Below are positions 28,781-38,404 of a DNA stretch of 64,000 nucleotides, one piece after another. The translations under genes were made by a program, and so were the position numbers. Each line of letters opens with the position of its first letter. Position 1 is the first letter of the stretch. The notes below the pieces were generated by a model that was given only the letters and a program-made list of their open reading frames with translations, was not told the origin of the DNA and did no database searches. This DNA is from an uncultured bacterium (lineage in GTDB: Bacteria; Verrucomicrobiota; Kiritimatiellia; CAIKKV01; CALHGX01), in the NCBI GenBank assembly GCA_938031185.1, contig CALHGX010000008.1:15787-79786 (forward strand), in the 5' to 3' direction.

Positions 28781-30250
28781 ATGGCAGTGGGCATTGTGGG
28801 AGGAATGAGGCAACGGGCCATGGCGCTTCGGGGATCATGGAACATCCGGCAGCGGACGGCGCGATACGGCGTTCCTGTCCTGCTCTTGTTGGCGTGCACG
28901 CTTCCGCATCTCGATCAGGGAGATTTCCGAAGAGATAGCGCCCGATATGCGGCGGTCTCGCTCCAGATGATCGAGACACCGCCTTGGTGGCTTCCCCGTT
29001 TGCACGAAGGCGCGCCCTATTTCCGAAAACCGCCGCTGCCGTTTTGGATTCATGGCGTTTTCTTGAAAGCGGCCGGCGCTCATGTGTGGAGCGCGCGCCT
29101 GCCTTCCGTTCTGGCGGCTGCGGGATGCGTCGTTGTAACGGTGGCGCTTATCGAATCTTTCGGCGGTCGTTTGCTGGGATTCACGGCCGGTTGTGTGCTG
29201 GCTACGACCTACGAGTTTTTTCGCCGCACGAGGGAGATATCGCTTGACCTTTGGATGCTCCTCTTCCTCCTGCTGGCGGTGTGGCTCCTGTGTTCGAGCC
29301 TGTTGTCGGGGCGATGGTGGCGGCTCGTTGCGGCCGGCATGGCCCTGGGGCTCTCACTGCTTTGCAAACCCTTCGTGACCTTCGTGGGGATGTTCCCATG
29401 TTTTGCGCTCCGGGGGCGGAAATGGGGGGCGCAAAAGCGGCGGTGGATGTTGGGTCTGATGGTGCTTGTGGCGGTGGTGGTGGCCGGCGGCTGGTACACC
29501 GTAATGACGGTCCGATTCGGATGGGCCTTCTGGCGGATTCATCTCGTGGGAGAGATAGTGGACCGCGTTCGGGGTGTGCATGGGGCGTTTCCGTGCTGGT
29601 ATTATGCTGCGCAGATCGCCAGAACCTACTGGCCTTGGTTGCCTTTTCTGGCGCTCGGGGTTTCTGCGCTCTGGAAAGAATCAGGCGTTAAGCCGCGCCG
29701 AGCCGGTCTCCAATTTGCTCTGCTGTGGCTCGCGGTCTGGATGACCGGACTGTCCATTTTCATGGACAAGGCGCCTAACTACGAACTGCCGCTCTACCCC
29801 ATGGCGGCCTGGGTTGCGGCGCACGGTCTGTGCCGCCTCAAGTGGCGTTGGCTGGCTCGATGGCGCGGGCGCTGTGCCGGTGATCTGGCCTGGGCGGCGC
29901 TGGTTCTACTCGTGGCGCTATCGGCGCTGCCCCTTCATCTCCAAGCGCCCCCATCGGCAGTCTGGCGCGAGGGGTTTGACTGGATGGCGCGGCATCAGGT
30001 GGCCAGTGACCGAATATGGGGAATCGGCTTTCCCGACAACGACAGCGCGCGCTTCTATCTTCGTGATCGGAAGTGGGCGCGCACCCCGGATGAGGATCGG
30101 CAACCGGGGGCTGGCGACTTGCTCTTCTATCATCCGGAATCCGTCTGGCGGCCTGGAGCAAATGAAACGATCGAATGGCAGAGAGAAGGCGGAATCATCA
30201 CGAAGCTCCGTCAGTTGCCGTGGCAGCCGCAACAGGCAGGAAGGCGGTGA
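28781..30250 (+). CDS. ArnT/PMT-like glycosyltransferase family 39 membrane protein
   Basis: YFRKPPLPFWIHGVF loop motif followed by more than 10 hydrophobic helices. Start uncertain (ATGs at 28781, 28805, 28820). Confidence 0.7.
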   Translation: MAVGIVGGMRQRAMALRGSWNIRQRTARYGVPVLLLLACTLPHLDQGDFRRDSARYAAVSLQMIETPPWWLPRLHEGAPYFRKPPLPFWIHGVFLKAAGAHVWSARLPSVLAAAGCVVVTVALIESFGGRLLGFTAGCVLATTYEFFRRTREISLDLWMLLFLLLAVWLLCSSLLSGRWWRLVAAGMALGLSLLCKPFVTFVGMFPCFALRGRKWGAQKRRWMLGLMVLVAVVVAGGWYTVMTVRFGWAFWRIHLVGEIVDRVRGVHGAFPCWYYAAQIARTYWPWLPFLALGVSALWKESGVKPRRAGLQFALLWLAVWMTGLSIFMDKAPNYELPLYPMAAWVAAHGLCRLKWRWLARWRGRCAGDLAWAALVLLVALSALPLHLQAPPSAVWREGFDWMARHQVASDRIWGIGFPDNDSARFYLRDRKWARTPDEDRQPGAGDLLFYHPESVWRPGANETIEWQREGGIITKLRQLPWQPQQAGRR

Positions 30251-30342
30251 ACGGGTGTTTGCTTTTGGACGGGCCGTTGGCATACTTCGCGAAAAAGCGC
30301 GGCGGCGAGCAGGCGGCTTGGAAAGGAGTATCGGGATAGGCC

Positions 30343-31131
30343 ATGAGATTCTATGCCGACGGCCATCTTCATTTCTATCCGCGCCACCATGCCGCTACCT
30401 GGATTCGATTCCTTGTAACCCATTTGAAGCGCGCGGCTGAAGGGGCGGGTGCCCCGACGGTTCTGGGCGCATTTCTGGTGGATGGCGGTTCCTCGCGACA
30501 ATGGGCCATGCTTGGCGAGGGCCGGATCGAATGGGGGGGCGCGCAGCCCAACGTGGAAGCGCAGGCCGCCGACGGCGCGGTTCGTCTGCGCCTTGCCGGA
30601 GCCGCAACGTTGTTTCTCTTTCCGGCGCGGCAATTGGTGACAGCCGAGCGGGTGGAGTTGCTGGCGTGGTTTGTGGATCGGACGCTCCCGGATGGGCTGC
30701 CGGCTGCCGAAGCCGTGCGACGGATTGCATCCGCGGGTGGATGGCCGGTGCTCGCATGGGCGCCGGGCAAATGGATGTTCGAACGATCTCGTGTGGTGTG
30801 GGGATTGCTCGAACAATTTGGGCCGGAGCAATTGCTCCTGGGCGACAGCTCGCTGCGTCCGCAGTTTTCGCCGATGCCGCCCGCGATGCGTTGGGGGTTG
30901 CGCCATGGTTTTCGGCTGGCGGCCGGATCGGATCCGTTGCCCGCGTACGGCGAGGAGCGTTTTGCGGGCGCTTACGGGTTCAGTCTTGAGACCGGATTCG
31001 ATCCGGAGCGACCGGCTGCGTCGGTGCGGGCGGCGCTGCAGCAGGGCCGCCCGCTTGCGCGGTTTGGCCGGAGGCGCTCCTGGCTGCAAGTGGCGCGCAG
31101 TCTTTTGCGGCACGCGGCGGAAAAAAAATGA
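30343..31131 (+). CDS. hypothetical protein, possible metal-dependent (PHP/amidohydrolase-like) hydrolase
   Basis: N-terminal MRFYADGHLHFYP resembles a D-x-H-x-H metal motif. Stop overlaps the next start as ATGA. No secure family assignment. Confidence 0.4.
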   Translation: MRFYADGHLHFYPRHHAATWIRFLVTHLKRAAEGAGAPTVLGAFLVDGGSSRQWAMLGEGRIEWGGAQPNVEAQAADGAVRLRLAGAATLFLFPARQLVTAERVELLAWFVDRTLPDGLPAAEAVRRIASAGGWPVLAWAPGKWMFERSRVVWGLLEQFGPEQLLLGDSSLRPQFSPMPPAMRWGLRHGFRLAAGSDPLPAYGEERFAGAYGFSLETGFDPERPAASVRAALQQGRPLARFGRRRSWLQVARSLLRHAAEKK

Positions 31132-32324
31132 CAGATTCGAGCATGAAGAAACGGGTGCTCCTGATCGCGCCCCAGCCTTTTTTTCAGTGGCGCGGGTCGC
31201 CGATCCGCGTGGCGTTCGATGTCCTGGCGCTGACGCGAATGGGGTTTGATGTGGACCTCCTAACGCCGCCCATGGGATTGCCGAAACCGATTCGAGGCGC
31301 GCGGCACATCCGGCCGCCGAATTTGTTCCTGCGACGGGATCTTTCAATCGGCCCTTCTTTGTGGAAAGCCGCCTATGACGGGCTGCTGTTGCTTTGGGCG
31401 GTCGGGCTGGCGCTCCGCCGCCGTTACGCCGTCGTTCATGGAGTGGAAGAAGCCGGACTGATTGCCTGGATGGTGGGACGATTGAGCGGCGCCCGGGTGG
31501 TCTTCGAAAAGCATTCCGATCCAATGTCGCATCGGGCCGGCGGCTTCAAGAATCTTGTGTTGCACGCCTATGCGGCGGTCGAGCGCTTCACGGCGAGGCA
31601 TGCGGACGCCGCCATCGGAACCGGACCGGGCCTTGTGGAGCAATTGCGTCGCGCGGGGGCCGTCGTCGCGCATTTGATTCCCGACATTCCGTCGTCTTTG
31701 GCGGAGGCCGATGCGGGGCGCGCGGCCGCCTTTCGCGCCGCATGGGGTTGCCGCCCTTCGGATGTCGTCATCGTCTACGTCGGATCGTTTGCGGCATACC
31801 AAGGCGTCGAACTACTGTTCGAGGCCATTCCAAGAGTGTTGAATGAATGTTCCAACGCGCGGTTTGTCGTTATCGGAGGCGCGCCGGATGAGATTTCCTC
31901 GTATCGTGAATGGGCCGAGCGCAGAGGCGTTGGCGCCAGGGTGGTTCTGCCGGGCAAGATTGCGCCCGATGAACTGCCTCATGCGTTAGCGGCGGCGGAC
32001 ATACTGCTTTCGCCCCGGCTGGCGGGAATCAACACGCCGCTCAAACTGCTCGACTATCTCAAGGCCGGACGGGCCATCGCGGCGACGGATACCCCGGCGA
32101 ATCGGCTGATTCTTGATGGGGAGCTGGCCGCGTTTGCAGCGCCGGACCCTGCTGCGTATGCGGAGGCGATTGTGGCGCTGGCGCGGGATCCGGCGCGCCG
32201 GCGGGCCATGGCCGCCCGCGGCCGAACGCTCATCGAGGAAACCCACAACCTCGAGGAGTTCTCGCGCCGGCTGGAGCGATGCTATAGGGGAATCGGCGCT
32301 CGATGTGACGAGCGGGGCTTTTGA
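31128..32324 (+). CDS. glycosyltransferase family 4 (GT-B, retaining type)
   Basis: KKRVLLIAPQPFFQWRGSPIR N-terminus. C-terminal half VYVGSFAAYQGVELL...FVVIGG...PLKLLDYLKAGRAI. Confidence 0.8.
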   Translation: MTDSSMKKRVLLIAPQPFFQWRGSPIRVAFDVLALTRMGFDVDLLTPPMGLPKPIRGARHIRPPNLFLRRDLSIGPSLWKAAYDGLLLLWAVGLALRRRYAVVHGVEEAGLIAWMVGRLSGARVVFEKHSDPMSHRAGGFKNLVLHAYAAVERFTARHADAAIGTGPGLVEQLRRAGAVVAHLIPDIPSSLAEADAGRAAAFRAAWGCRPSDVVIVYVGSFAAYQGVELLFEAIPRVLNECSNARFVVIGGAPDEISSYREWAERRGVGARVVLPGKIAPDELPHALAAADILLSPRLAGINTPLKLLDYLKAGRAIAATDTPANRLILDGELAAFAAPDPAAYAEAIVALARDPARRRAMAARGRTLIEETHNLEEFSRRLERCYRGIGARCDERGF

Positions 32325-32412
32325 GTGGCGTTATGGGCGCAGGGCTTTCGTCTGGCGTTCGAAACGTGGCGGGGCTATAAGGACGTCTGGCCCTGCGAAA
32401 GGAATTGTAGAG

Positions 32413-34158
32413 ATGGATTTTCGAGTGTACCGGAGGCTGCTGGGGGTCAGCCGACCCTATGCGGGTCGGTTGGCCATGGGCGTCGTCGCCGGACTGGTAT
32501 ATGCCGGGGCCAACGGAGCGTTCCTTTATGCCGTCAACAAGGGGTTGGGAAAAGTCTATGACGAGGCGACGGTGCCGCTTTGGCGTATCGGCCTCGTGGC
32601 TGCGCTGATCCCCTGCGTGGGATTTTTGCGAAGCCTCAGCGATTATGCCAGCAAGTACTGGATCCGATGGGTCGGCTGCCGCGTCGTCATGGACCTGCGC
32701 AATGCGGTTGTCTCGCGGCTGAATCAGCTGTCGCTGTCGTATTTTGCTGCCAGCCGGACCGGCGAAATAATTTCCCGGATCACAAACGACACCGTCATGG
32801 CCGAAAACGCGGTTTCCTCCGTGGTGGAGGATTTAGCCAAGGAGCCGGTGACGCTGCTGGTGATGGTGGGCATCCTCTTCTGGCTCGATCCCTGGCTGGC
32901 GCTGGCCAGTCTGGTGTTGTTCCCTGTTTGTATCGTGCCGGTGGCGTTGTTCGGCCGGCGGGTGCGGCGGTTCACTCGGGAGGCGCAGGAACGGATTGCG
33001 GATCTGGTTTCCAGCCTGCAGGAAATGATCACCGGCGTTCGCGTAGTGAAGGCGTTCGGGATGGAGCAATACGAAGAACAGCGGTTTCAGGAGCAGAACC
33101 GAGCGTTCTTCGGACGGGTGATGCGGGTGGCGCGGGCCAATTCCGCAGTGGAGCCGTTGATCATGCTGATTTCCACCGTCGGCATCGCGATCGTATTGCT
33201 CTACGTGCGCTGGCGCGCCATGCCGTTCAACCAATTTGTGACGTACGCCGGGGCGCTGGTGATGATGTACACGCCAGTGAAGAAACTCAGCCGGATACAC
33301 CTGCAGATTCAGCAGGCGGTTGGGGCGGCGGAGCGGATATTCGACGTGCTGGACCGGCCGGTGGAGGTGCGGGATCGTCCCGGCGCAGCCATGTTCGACG
33401 GGCGTGTGCGATATGTCGAATTCGACGAGGTAAGTTTTTCCTACGAGACGGACCGGGTGCTGGACGGCGTCAGCTTCCGTGTTTTGGCGGGACAGCGTCT
33501 GGCGATCGTCGGCGCGTCGGGCGCGGGCAAGACGACGCTGGTGAATCTGCTGCCGCGCTTCTACGACGTGACCGGGGGGGCGATTCGCATCAACGGCGTG
33601 GATATTCGCGACTTCTCCCTGCGGTCGCTGCGAAGTGCCATGGGTATCGTGACGCAGGAAACGGTGCTCTTCAACGACACGGTGGCGAACAACATCCGGT
33701 ACGGATCCGCCGGCGCCTCGCCGGAAGCCGTCGAACAAGCGGCGCGGCGGGCGAATGCCCACGATTTCATTTGCGAACTGCCCCGAGGCTACGAGACGGT
33801 CATCGGCGAACACGGGGTGCGGCTCTCGGGCGGGCAGCGGCAGCGGCTGGCCATTGCCCGGGCCATTTTGAGGAATCCGCCGATCCTGATTCTCGATGAG
33901 GCCACAAGCGCCCTGGACACGGAGTCGGAACGTCTCGTCCAGGCGGCGCTGGGCGAGCTGATGACCGGGAGAACGGTTTTTGCGATTGCGCACCGGCTGT
34001 CCACCATCGCGCATTGCGAGCAGATCATCGTGTTGGATGGCGGCCGGATTACGGAAAGAGGCGCTCACGCGGAATTGATGGCGCTGGGCGGACTGTACAA
34101 GAGGCTGCACGACATGCAGTTTCGCGACGCGGACACAGCGCCTCTGAAAGCGGTGTAG
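32413..34158 (+). CDS. msbA: MsbA-type lipid/LPS exporter, fused ABC permease-ATPase
   Basis: Six-helix TMD. Walker A GASGAGKTT. Signature LSGGQRQR. Walker B ILILDEATS. 581 aa from the internal ATG MDFRVYRRLL. Confidence 0.85.
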   Translation: MDFRVYRRLLGVSRPYAGRLAMGVVAGLVYAGANGAFLYAVNKGLGKVYDEATVPLWRIGLVAALIPCVGFLRSLSDYASKYWIRWVGCRVVMDLRNAVVSRLNQLSLSYFAASRTGEIISRITNDTVMAENAVSSVVEDLAKEPVTLLVMVGILFWLDPWLALASLVLFPVCIVPVALFGRRVRRFTREAQERIADLVSSLQEMITGVRVVKAFGMEQYEEQRFQEQNRAFFGRVMRVARANSAVEPLIMLISTVGIAIVLLYVRWRAMPFNQFVTYAGALVMMYTPVKKLSRIHLQIQQAVGAAERIFDVLDRPVEVRDRPGAAMFDGRVRYVEFDEVSFSYETDRVLDGVSFRVLAGQRLAIVGASGAGKTTLVNLLPRFYDVTGGAIRINGVDIRDFSLRSLRSAMGIVTQETVLFNDTVANNIRYGSAGASPEAVEQAARRANAHDFICELPRGYETVIGEHGVRLSGGQRQRLAIARAILRNPPILILDEATSALDTESERLVQAALGELMTGRTVFAIAHRLSTIAHCEQIIVLDGGRITERGAHAELMALGGLYKRLHDMQFRDADTAPLKAV

Positions 34159-34296
34159 CCTTCGGCGGCCGGCTGCGGCGCGTGAGCCGTCGCCGGCGGG
34201 AGAATGGAGATTTTGATTGCGTTGGCACGTTGTTGTGGTAGGTTCACCAGGCGGCCTGATGAAAGGCTTTGCCGAACAGCAAGGGAGAGTAGCCAC

Positions 34297-35616
34297 ATGA
34301 GCAAAATGCGCGGACGAAAGCTGGGTGTGTTTGCCGGGGTGGTTCTGACCGGACTGATCGCTGCGTCTGCCCATGCCGAAGCGGAGCGTGGCGACGAGCA
34401 TCCGTGGACGGTCAGCCTGACGGCGGGACGATTGGACTTGGAAGGTGATTTTCCGATTCGGGATGGCTTCATCGGTTCGCTGCATGTGGGCCGAGACTGG
34501 ACGGAATGGTGGACGTTCGAAGCGACCTTAAGCCTGGCCCCCAGCTTGCGCGGCAGCCGCTATTACCGGCAGAATCCCGCTGATGGCTCTTGGGAGCGAA
34601 TCAATCGCCTTGTGGATGAAACTGGCGATAATGAAACATGGCTGGCCGGACTGTCCCTGGACGCCATGTTCCACTTCACGAGATGGGAACGGTTGGACCC
34701 GTATCTTTCGCTTGGCGCGGGCGCCGTTCGATTTGGATCGAACCTCAAGACCTATGATGACAGCGATTTCTTCCTTCAGGGCGGCGGCGGTGTATTGTAC
34801 CACTTTAACGACGAGTGGGCGGTACGGGCCGATTTCCGCGGCGCCTTTGCCGGCTTGGGTTCCAAGGGCACCGTCAATTCCCGCATTGGCACCGGTGTGG
34901 TGTGGACGCCCGGGGCGCATGTGCCAGCGAAGTATCTGTTGAGCGGCGGCGTGAAGGATAGTGACGCGGACGGTTTGACTGACGCGGAAGAAGCGAAGAT
35001 CGGGACGGATCCTTACAACCCGGATACCGACGGGGACGGGTTGAGCGATTACGATGAAGTTCGAGTCTATGGAACCGATCCGCTGAATCCCGACACCGAT
35101 TACGACGGCTTGACCGATGGGGCGGAAGTGCACACGCACAAAACCAATCCGCGGGAGCGGGACACGGATAAAGGCGGTGTGGCCGACGGACATGAGGTCA
35201 TCGAAGACGGTACCAACCCGCTGGATCCATCGGACGACCTGATGTTGTTCGAACTGAACATCCAGTTCGACTACGACAAGGCCATTCTGAAGCCCCAGTA
35301 TTTTTCGCAACTGGATGTGATTGGCAAGGTGCTGCAGCGCGACCCTGGCGCCACTGCCCGGATCGAGGGACATGCGGACAGGTTGAAAAAATCCGTGAAG
35401 GAATACAACGACAAGCTTTCGCAGCGGCGCGCCGAGGCGGTGCTCGAGTACCTGGCGAAGCAGTGCGGCATCGAGGCGTCGCGCATGAAGGCTGTCGGTT
35501 ACGGCTTCAGCCGGCCCAAGGCAGCGAATCATCCCGTGAATGGGAATCCGGTGAACCGGCGGACAGAAATCTACATTCGCGCATCCGATCATCCGGGCGC
35601 AGCTCCTACGCCCTAA
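34297..35616 (+). CDS. OmpA-family outer-membrane protein with thrombospondin type-3 (Ca-binding) repeats
   Basis: Signal peptide MSKMRGRKLGVFAGVVLTGLIAASAHA. Beta-barrel-like N-domain. D-x-D-x-D-G repeats. C-terminal OmpA domain (IQFDYDKAIL...IEGHAD...SQRRAEAV...NRRTEIYI). RBS AAGGGAGAG. Confidence 0.85.
   Translation: MSKMRGRKLGVFAGVVLTGLIAASAHAEAERGDEHPWTVSLTAGRLDLEGDFPIRDGFIGSLHVGRDWTEWWTFEATLSLAPSLRGSRYYRQNPADGSWERINRLVDETGDNETWLAGLSLDAMFHFTRWERLDPYLSLGAGAVRFGSNLKTYDDSDFFLQGGGGVLYHFNDEWAVRADFRGAFAGLGSKGTVNSRIGTGVVWTPGAHVPAKYLLSGGVKDSDADGLTDAEEAKIGTDPYNPDTDGDGLSDYDEVRVYGTDPLNPDTDYDGLTDGAEVHTHKTNPRERDTDKGGVADGHEVIEDGTNPLDPSDDLMLFELNIQFDYDKAILKPQYFSQLDVIGKVLQRDPGATARIEGHADRLKKSVKEYNDKLSQRRAEAVLEYLAKQCGIEASRMKAVGYGFSRPKAANHPVNGNPVNRRTEIYIRASDHPGAAPTP
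34957..35238 (+). repeat. four TSP3-like aspartate-rich repeats inside the OmpA-family CDS
   Basis: DSDADGLTDAEE, DTDGDGLSDYDE, DTDYDGLTDGAE and DTDKGGVADGHE, each followed by a GT(D/N)P(L/Y)(N/D)P-type segment (KTNPRE after the third). Confidence 0.8.
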
Positions 35617-35706
35617 GGTGGCGGTCGCGGATGGTCTGTTTCAGGGCCCGGGATGCATGGTCATCCTGGGCCTTGTTTTTTCGGGGCAGAGTGTTTCAGG
35701 TGGAAG

Positions 35707-36639
35707 ATGAGGCGAGGGGAATGGCAGGAGTTGCTGCGTTGGCGCGCGGAGGCGGCGCTTTTTCGGCTGGCGGCGGGACTCATACCGCGCCTGTCGCGCC
35801 ATGCCACGCTGCGGCTGGCGCGTTGCTGCGGAAAGCTGGCCTACCGGGTGGCGCGTCGGGATCGCCGAATTGCGCTGGCGAATCTTGATCTGGCCTTTGG
35901 CGCATCGCGGACCAATGCCGAGAGGCGGGCGCTGGCGAGAGCCTCTTTCCAGACGTTCAGCCGGGTTATGTTCGATCTTCTCTGGTTTTCCCGGAGCAGT
36001 TGTGAGCGATTGGCGCGATATGTCCGTTTTGCCCCCGCGCTTGAGGACTGGATTCGGGAACCGAAACCGGCGATTTTCGTTACGGCGCATTTCGGCAACT
36101 GGGAACTGCTGGGACAAGCTGCGGCCGCGCGCGGCCTGAAGCTTGCCAGTGTGGCCAAGCCGCTAGCCAACCCATGGATTGATGCCGCCTTGTGGGCGCT
36201 ACGGGCAGGAACCGGACAGCGCATCCTGCCGGCCCGAGGCGCCCTGAAGCCGTTGCTGCGGACGCTCCGAGAAGGTGGGGCCGTGGCGTTACTGCTGGAT
36301 CAGGACACACGGCCGGCGGAAGGCGGCGTCTTCGTGGATTTCTTTGGGGTTCCGGCGCCGATTTCCATGGCGGCCGGTCTCTTGGCCTTCAAGACCGGCG
36401 CGCCGGTGGTGCCGGTTTTTGCCAAGGCCGAACCGGACGGGGGCTACGCTTGTCATGCTCAAGAGCCGTTGCTGCCGCCACGGTCGCCGGAAGACCCGGC
36501 GCATGCGCAGGCGATAGCCGCCGCGTTCGAAGCGGAAATACGGAAGGAGCCGGCACAATGGCTCTGGATGTACAAGCGTTGGAAACGGAGGCGGCCTGGC
36601 GCCGATTGGAGCCGCTATCCTTTCTATGCCGATTGCTGA
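35707..36639 (+). CDS. LpxL/HtrB-family lipid A (Kdo2-lipid IVA) late acyltransferase
   Basis: FVTAHFGNWELLG catalytic H-x4-E/D type motif. RRIALANLDLAFG. 310 aa. Confidence 0.75.
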   Translation: MRRGEWQELLRWRAEAALFRLAAGLIPRLSRHATLRLARCCGKLAYRVARRDRRIALANLDLAFGASRTNAERRALARASFQTFSRVMFDLLWFSRSSCERLARYVRFAPALEDWIREPKPAIFVTAHFGNWELLGQAAAARGLKLASVAKPLANPWIDAALWALRAGTGQRILPARGALKPLLRTLREGGAVALLLDQDTRPAEGGVFVDFFGVPAPISMAAGLLAFKTGAPVVPVFAKAEPDGGYACHAQEPLLPPRSPEDPAHAQAIAAAFEAEIRKEPAQWLWMYKRWKRRRPGADWSRYPFYADC

Positions 36640-36672
36640 ACGGAGTCGCGGCGGTTCACGGTTGCCAATCGC

Positions 36673-37911
36673 GTGAAACGGGCCTACTTTCCCAACATGG
36701 TTTCCATGATGATTGAAAAGCCATTTGATCGCGGCGCATATTGGGCGCTGGCGGCGACTTTTTTTTCAATAGCTTTTTCGATTGCGCTGGGTCAGGTGTT
36801 TGCCGGCGTGTGCCTGCTGCTGTTTCTGGTGGCGGCGGCACGGCGGGAAATCCGCCTGTGTTGGCCGCTCACGGCGTGGATGTGGCTCCTTTTCGCCGCC
36901 GTGGCGTGTGCGGTCACGCTGGCGGTGAGCCGCGGCGGTGACCCGCTGAAGCGCTGCGTCAAACTGGGCTGGTTCCTGCTCATCCCAATGGCCGCCTCGC
37001 TGATGACCTCGCCGCGCCGACTGCGCGGCCTTTTGAGAGCCTTTCTGCTGGGTTGTAGCGTCCTGTCGCTGCGCGTGCTAGTCATAAATCCGGTTCGGGC
37101 CTGGCGGGATCCGACGCCGGATTTCCTGACCCGGTTGATAGATTTGGGTTCGATGACCCATGCGCAAATGCTGATGTTGGGCCTACTGGCGGCGCTGGCC
37201 CTAAGCGTGGCGGACCGTCATCCACGCATGGGCGCCTTCTGGGCGGGCGGCCAATGGGCGCTGATGGGAGTCATTGCTCTGGCGCTCATTTTGTCGTTCA
37301 AACGCGGTTCCTGGCTTTGTGCCATGGGGCTCGCCGGGGCCTTCGCGTTACGGCACGCCCGCCGAGCGCTGTGGGTGGGACTGATGGCGGCCGTCTTGCT
37401 CGCGATGAGCCTTCCGCCCGTTCGGGTCCGCATGGCGCAGATTCGCGCGGAATTGCAGATGGAGAAAGGAGGTCGACTCGCAATGTGGACGCGAGTGGCC
37501 CCGACGCTCGCGCGGCGTCATCCCATGGGGGTGGGCTATGCCGGGCTGACCAACCGCATGATGCGTCGCGTGGATCCACGCATTGAACGCAACCGCAACC
37601 ATGTGCATAACAACCCGCTGCAGGTGCTGATAGAGACCGGGTGGATCGGACTGGCCGTGTACTTGGTCTGGATGGCAGTGGGCCTGCGCGACGCGCTGCG
37701 TTTGCTGGTTCGCAGCCGCGCTGCTCCGGTCGAGTTGGAGGCGCCGGCGCTAGCCTGTCTCTTGATGCTCTCAGGCCTGATGCTGAACGGCCTGGTCGAA
37801 TACAATTTTGGCGACACGGAGCTGATGATGGTCTACGCGATTCTGTTCGGGTGCATGGGCGGGCTTTGTGCGTGGTTGTCGCCGGCGGAGCGCCTCAATC
37901 CGGCGGCGTGA
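36673..37911 (+). CDS. O-antigen ligase (Wzy_C/WaaL) family membrane protein
   Basis: Polytopic. SFKRGSWL loop and HVHNNPLQVLIETGWIGL motif typical of Wzy_C. Start is GTG 36673 or ATG 36697. Confidence 0.75.
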   Translation: MKRAYFPNMVSMMIEKPFDRGAYWALAATFFSIAFSIALGQVFAGVCLLLFLVAAARREIRLCWPLTAWMWLLFAAVACAVTLAVSRGGDPLKRCVKLGWFLLIPMAASLMTSPRRLRGLLRAFLLGCSVLSLRVLVINPVRAWRDPTPDFLTRLIDLGSMTHAQMLMLGLLAALALSVADRHPRMGAFWAGGQWALMGVIALALILSFKRGSWLCAMGLAGAFALRHARRALWVGLMAAVLLAMSLPPVRVRMAQIRAELQMEKGGRLAMWTRVAPTLARRHPMGVGYAGLTNRMMRRVDPRIERNRNHVHNNPLQVLIETGWIGLAVYLVWMAVGLRDALRLLVRSRAAPVELEAPALACLLMLSGLMLNGLVEYNFGDTELMMVYAILFGCMGGLCAWLSPAERLNPAA

Positions 37912-38404
37912 GACGGTCCGGCCTGTCCTCGCGGCGTCGCGTCTCGAAGAACCCCTGCAGTAGCTGACGGCATTCGTTTTCCAGTACGCCGCCAATGATG
38001 GCGGCCCGATGATTCAATCTGGGATGGTCAAGAATGTTCAAGACGGACACCGCGCCGCCGCGGAAGGGGTCGGCGACGCCGAAGACCACCAGCGGGATTC
38101 GCGCCAGCACGATCGCTCCGGCGCACATCGGGCATGGCTCCTTGGTCACGTAGAGGATGGTTTCCGTCAGCCGCCAGTCGCCGACCGCGGCCGCGGCCTG
38201 CGTGATGGCGATCATTTCCGCGTGGGCCGTTGGATCCTTGAGCATCTCGACCTGATTGTGGGCGCGGCCAAGGATGCGCCCGTCTCGAACGATGACCGCG
38301 CCCACGGGCACCTCGCCCGCCTCGGCGGCGCGGGCCGCCTGCTGGAGGGCGGCCGCCATGTGCCGCTCGTGTACAAGGGGGGGTATTTCCGGAAAAGTGG
38401 TCAC
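37895..38404 (-). CDS. tadA: tRNA adenosine(34) deaminase
   Basis: HAEMIAI and PCPMCAGAI zinc motifs. EVPVGAVIV. The GTG start overlaps the EF-G stop as GTGA. Confidence 0.9.
   Translation of the reverse strand: MTTFPEIPPLVHERHMAAALQQAARAAEAGEVPVGAVIVRDGRILGRAHNQVEMLKDPTAHAEMIAITQAAAAVGDWRLTETILYVTKEPCPMCAGAIVLARIPLVVFGVADPFRGGAVSVLNILDHPRLNHRAAIIGGVLENECRQLLQGFFETRRREDRPDRLTPPD

Noticed and set aside
30211-34485. 437-aa (30211..31524) and 550-aa (32833..34485) minus-strand ORFs
   Set aside because: Antisense shadows of the hydrolase-like/GT4 genes and of msbA. Arg/Pro/His-rich nonsense.
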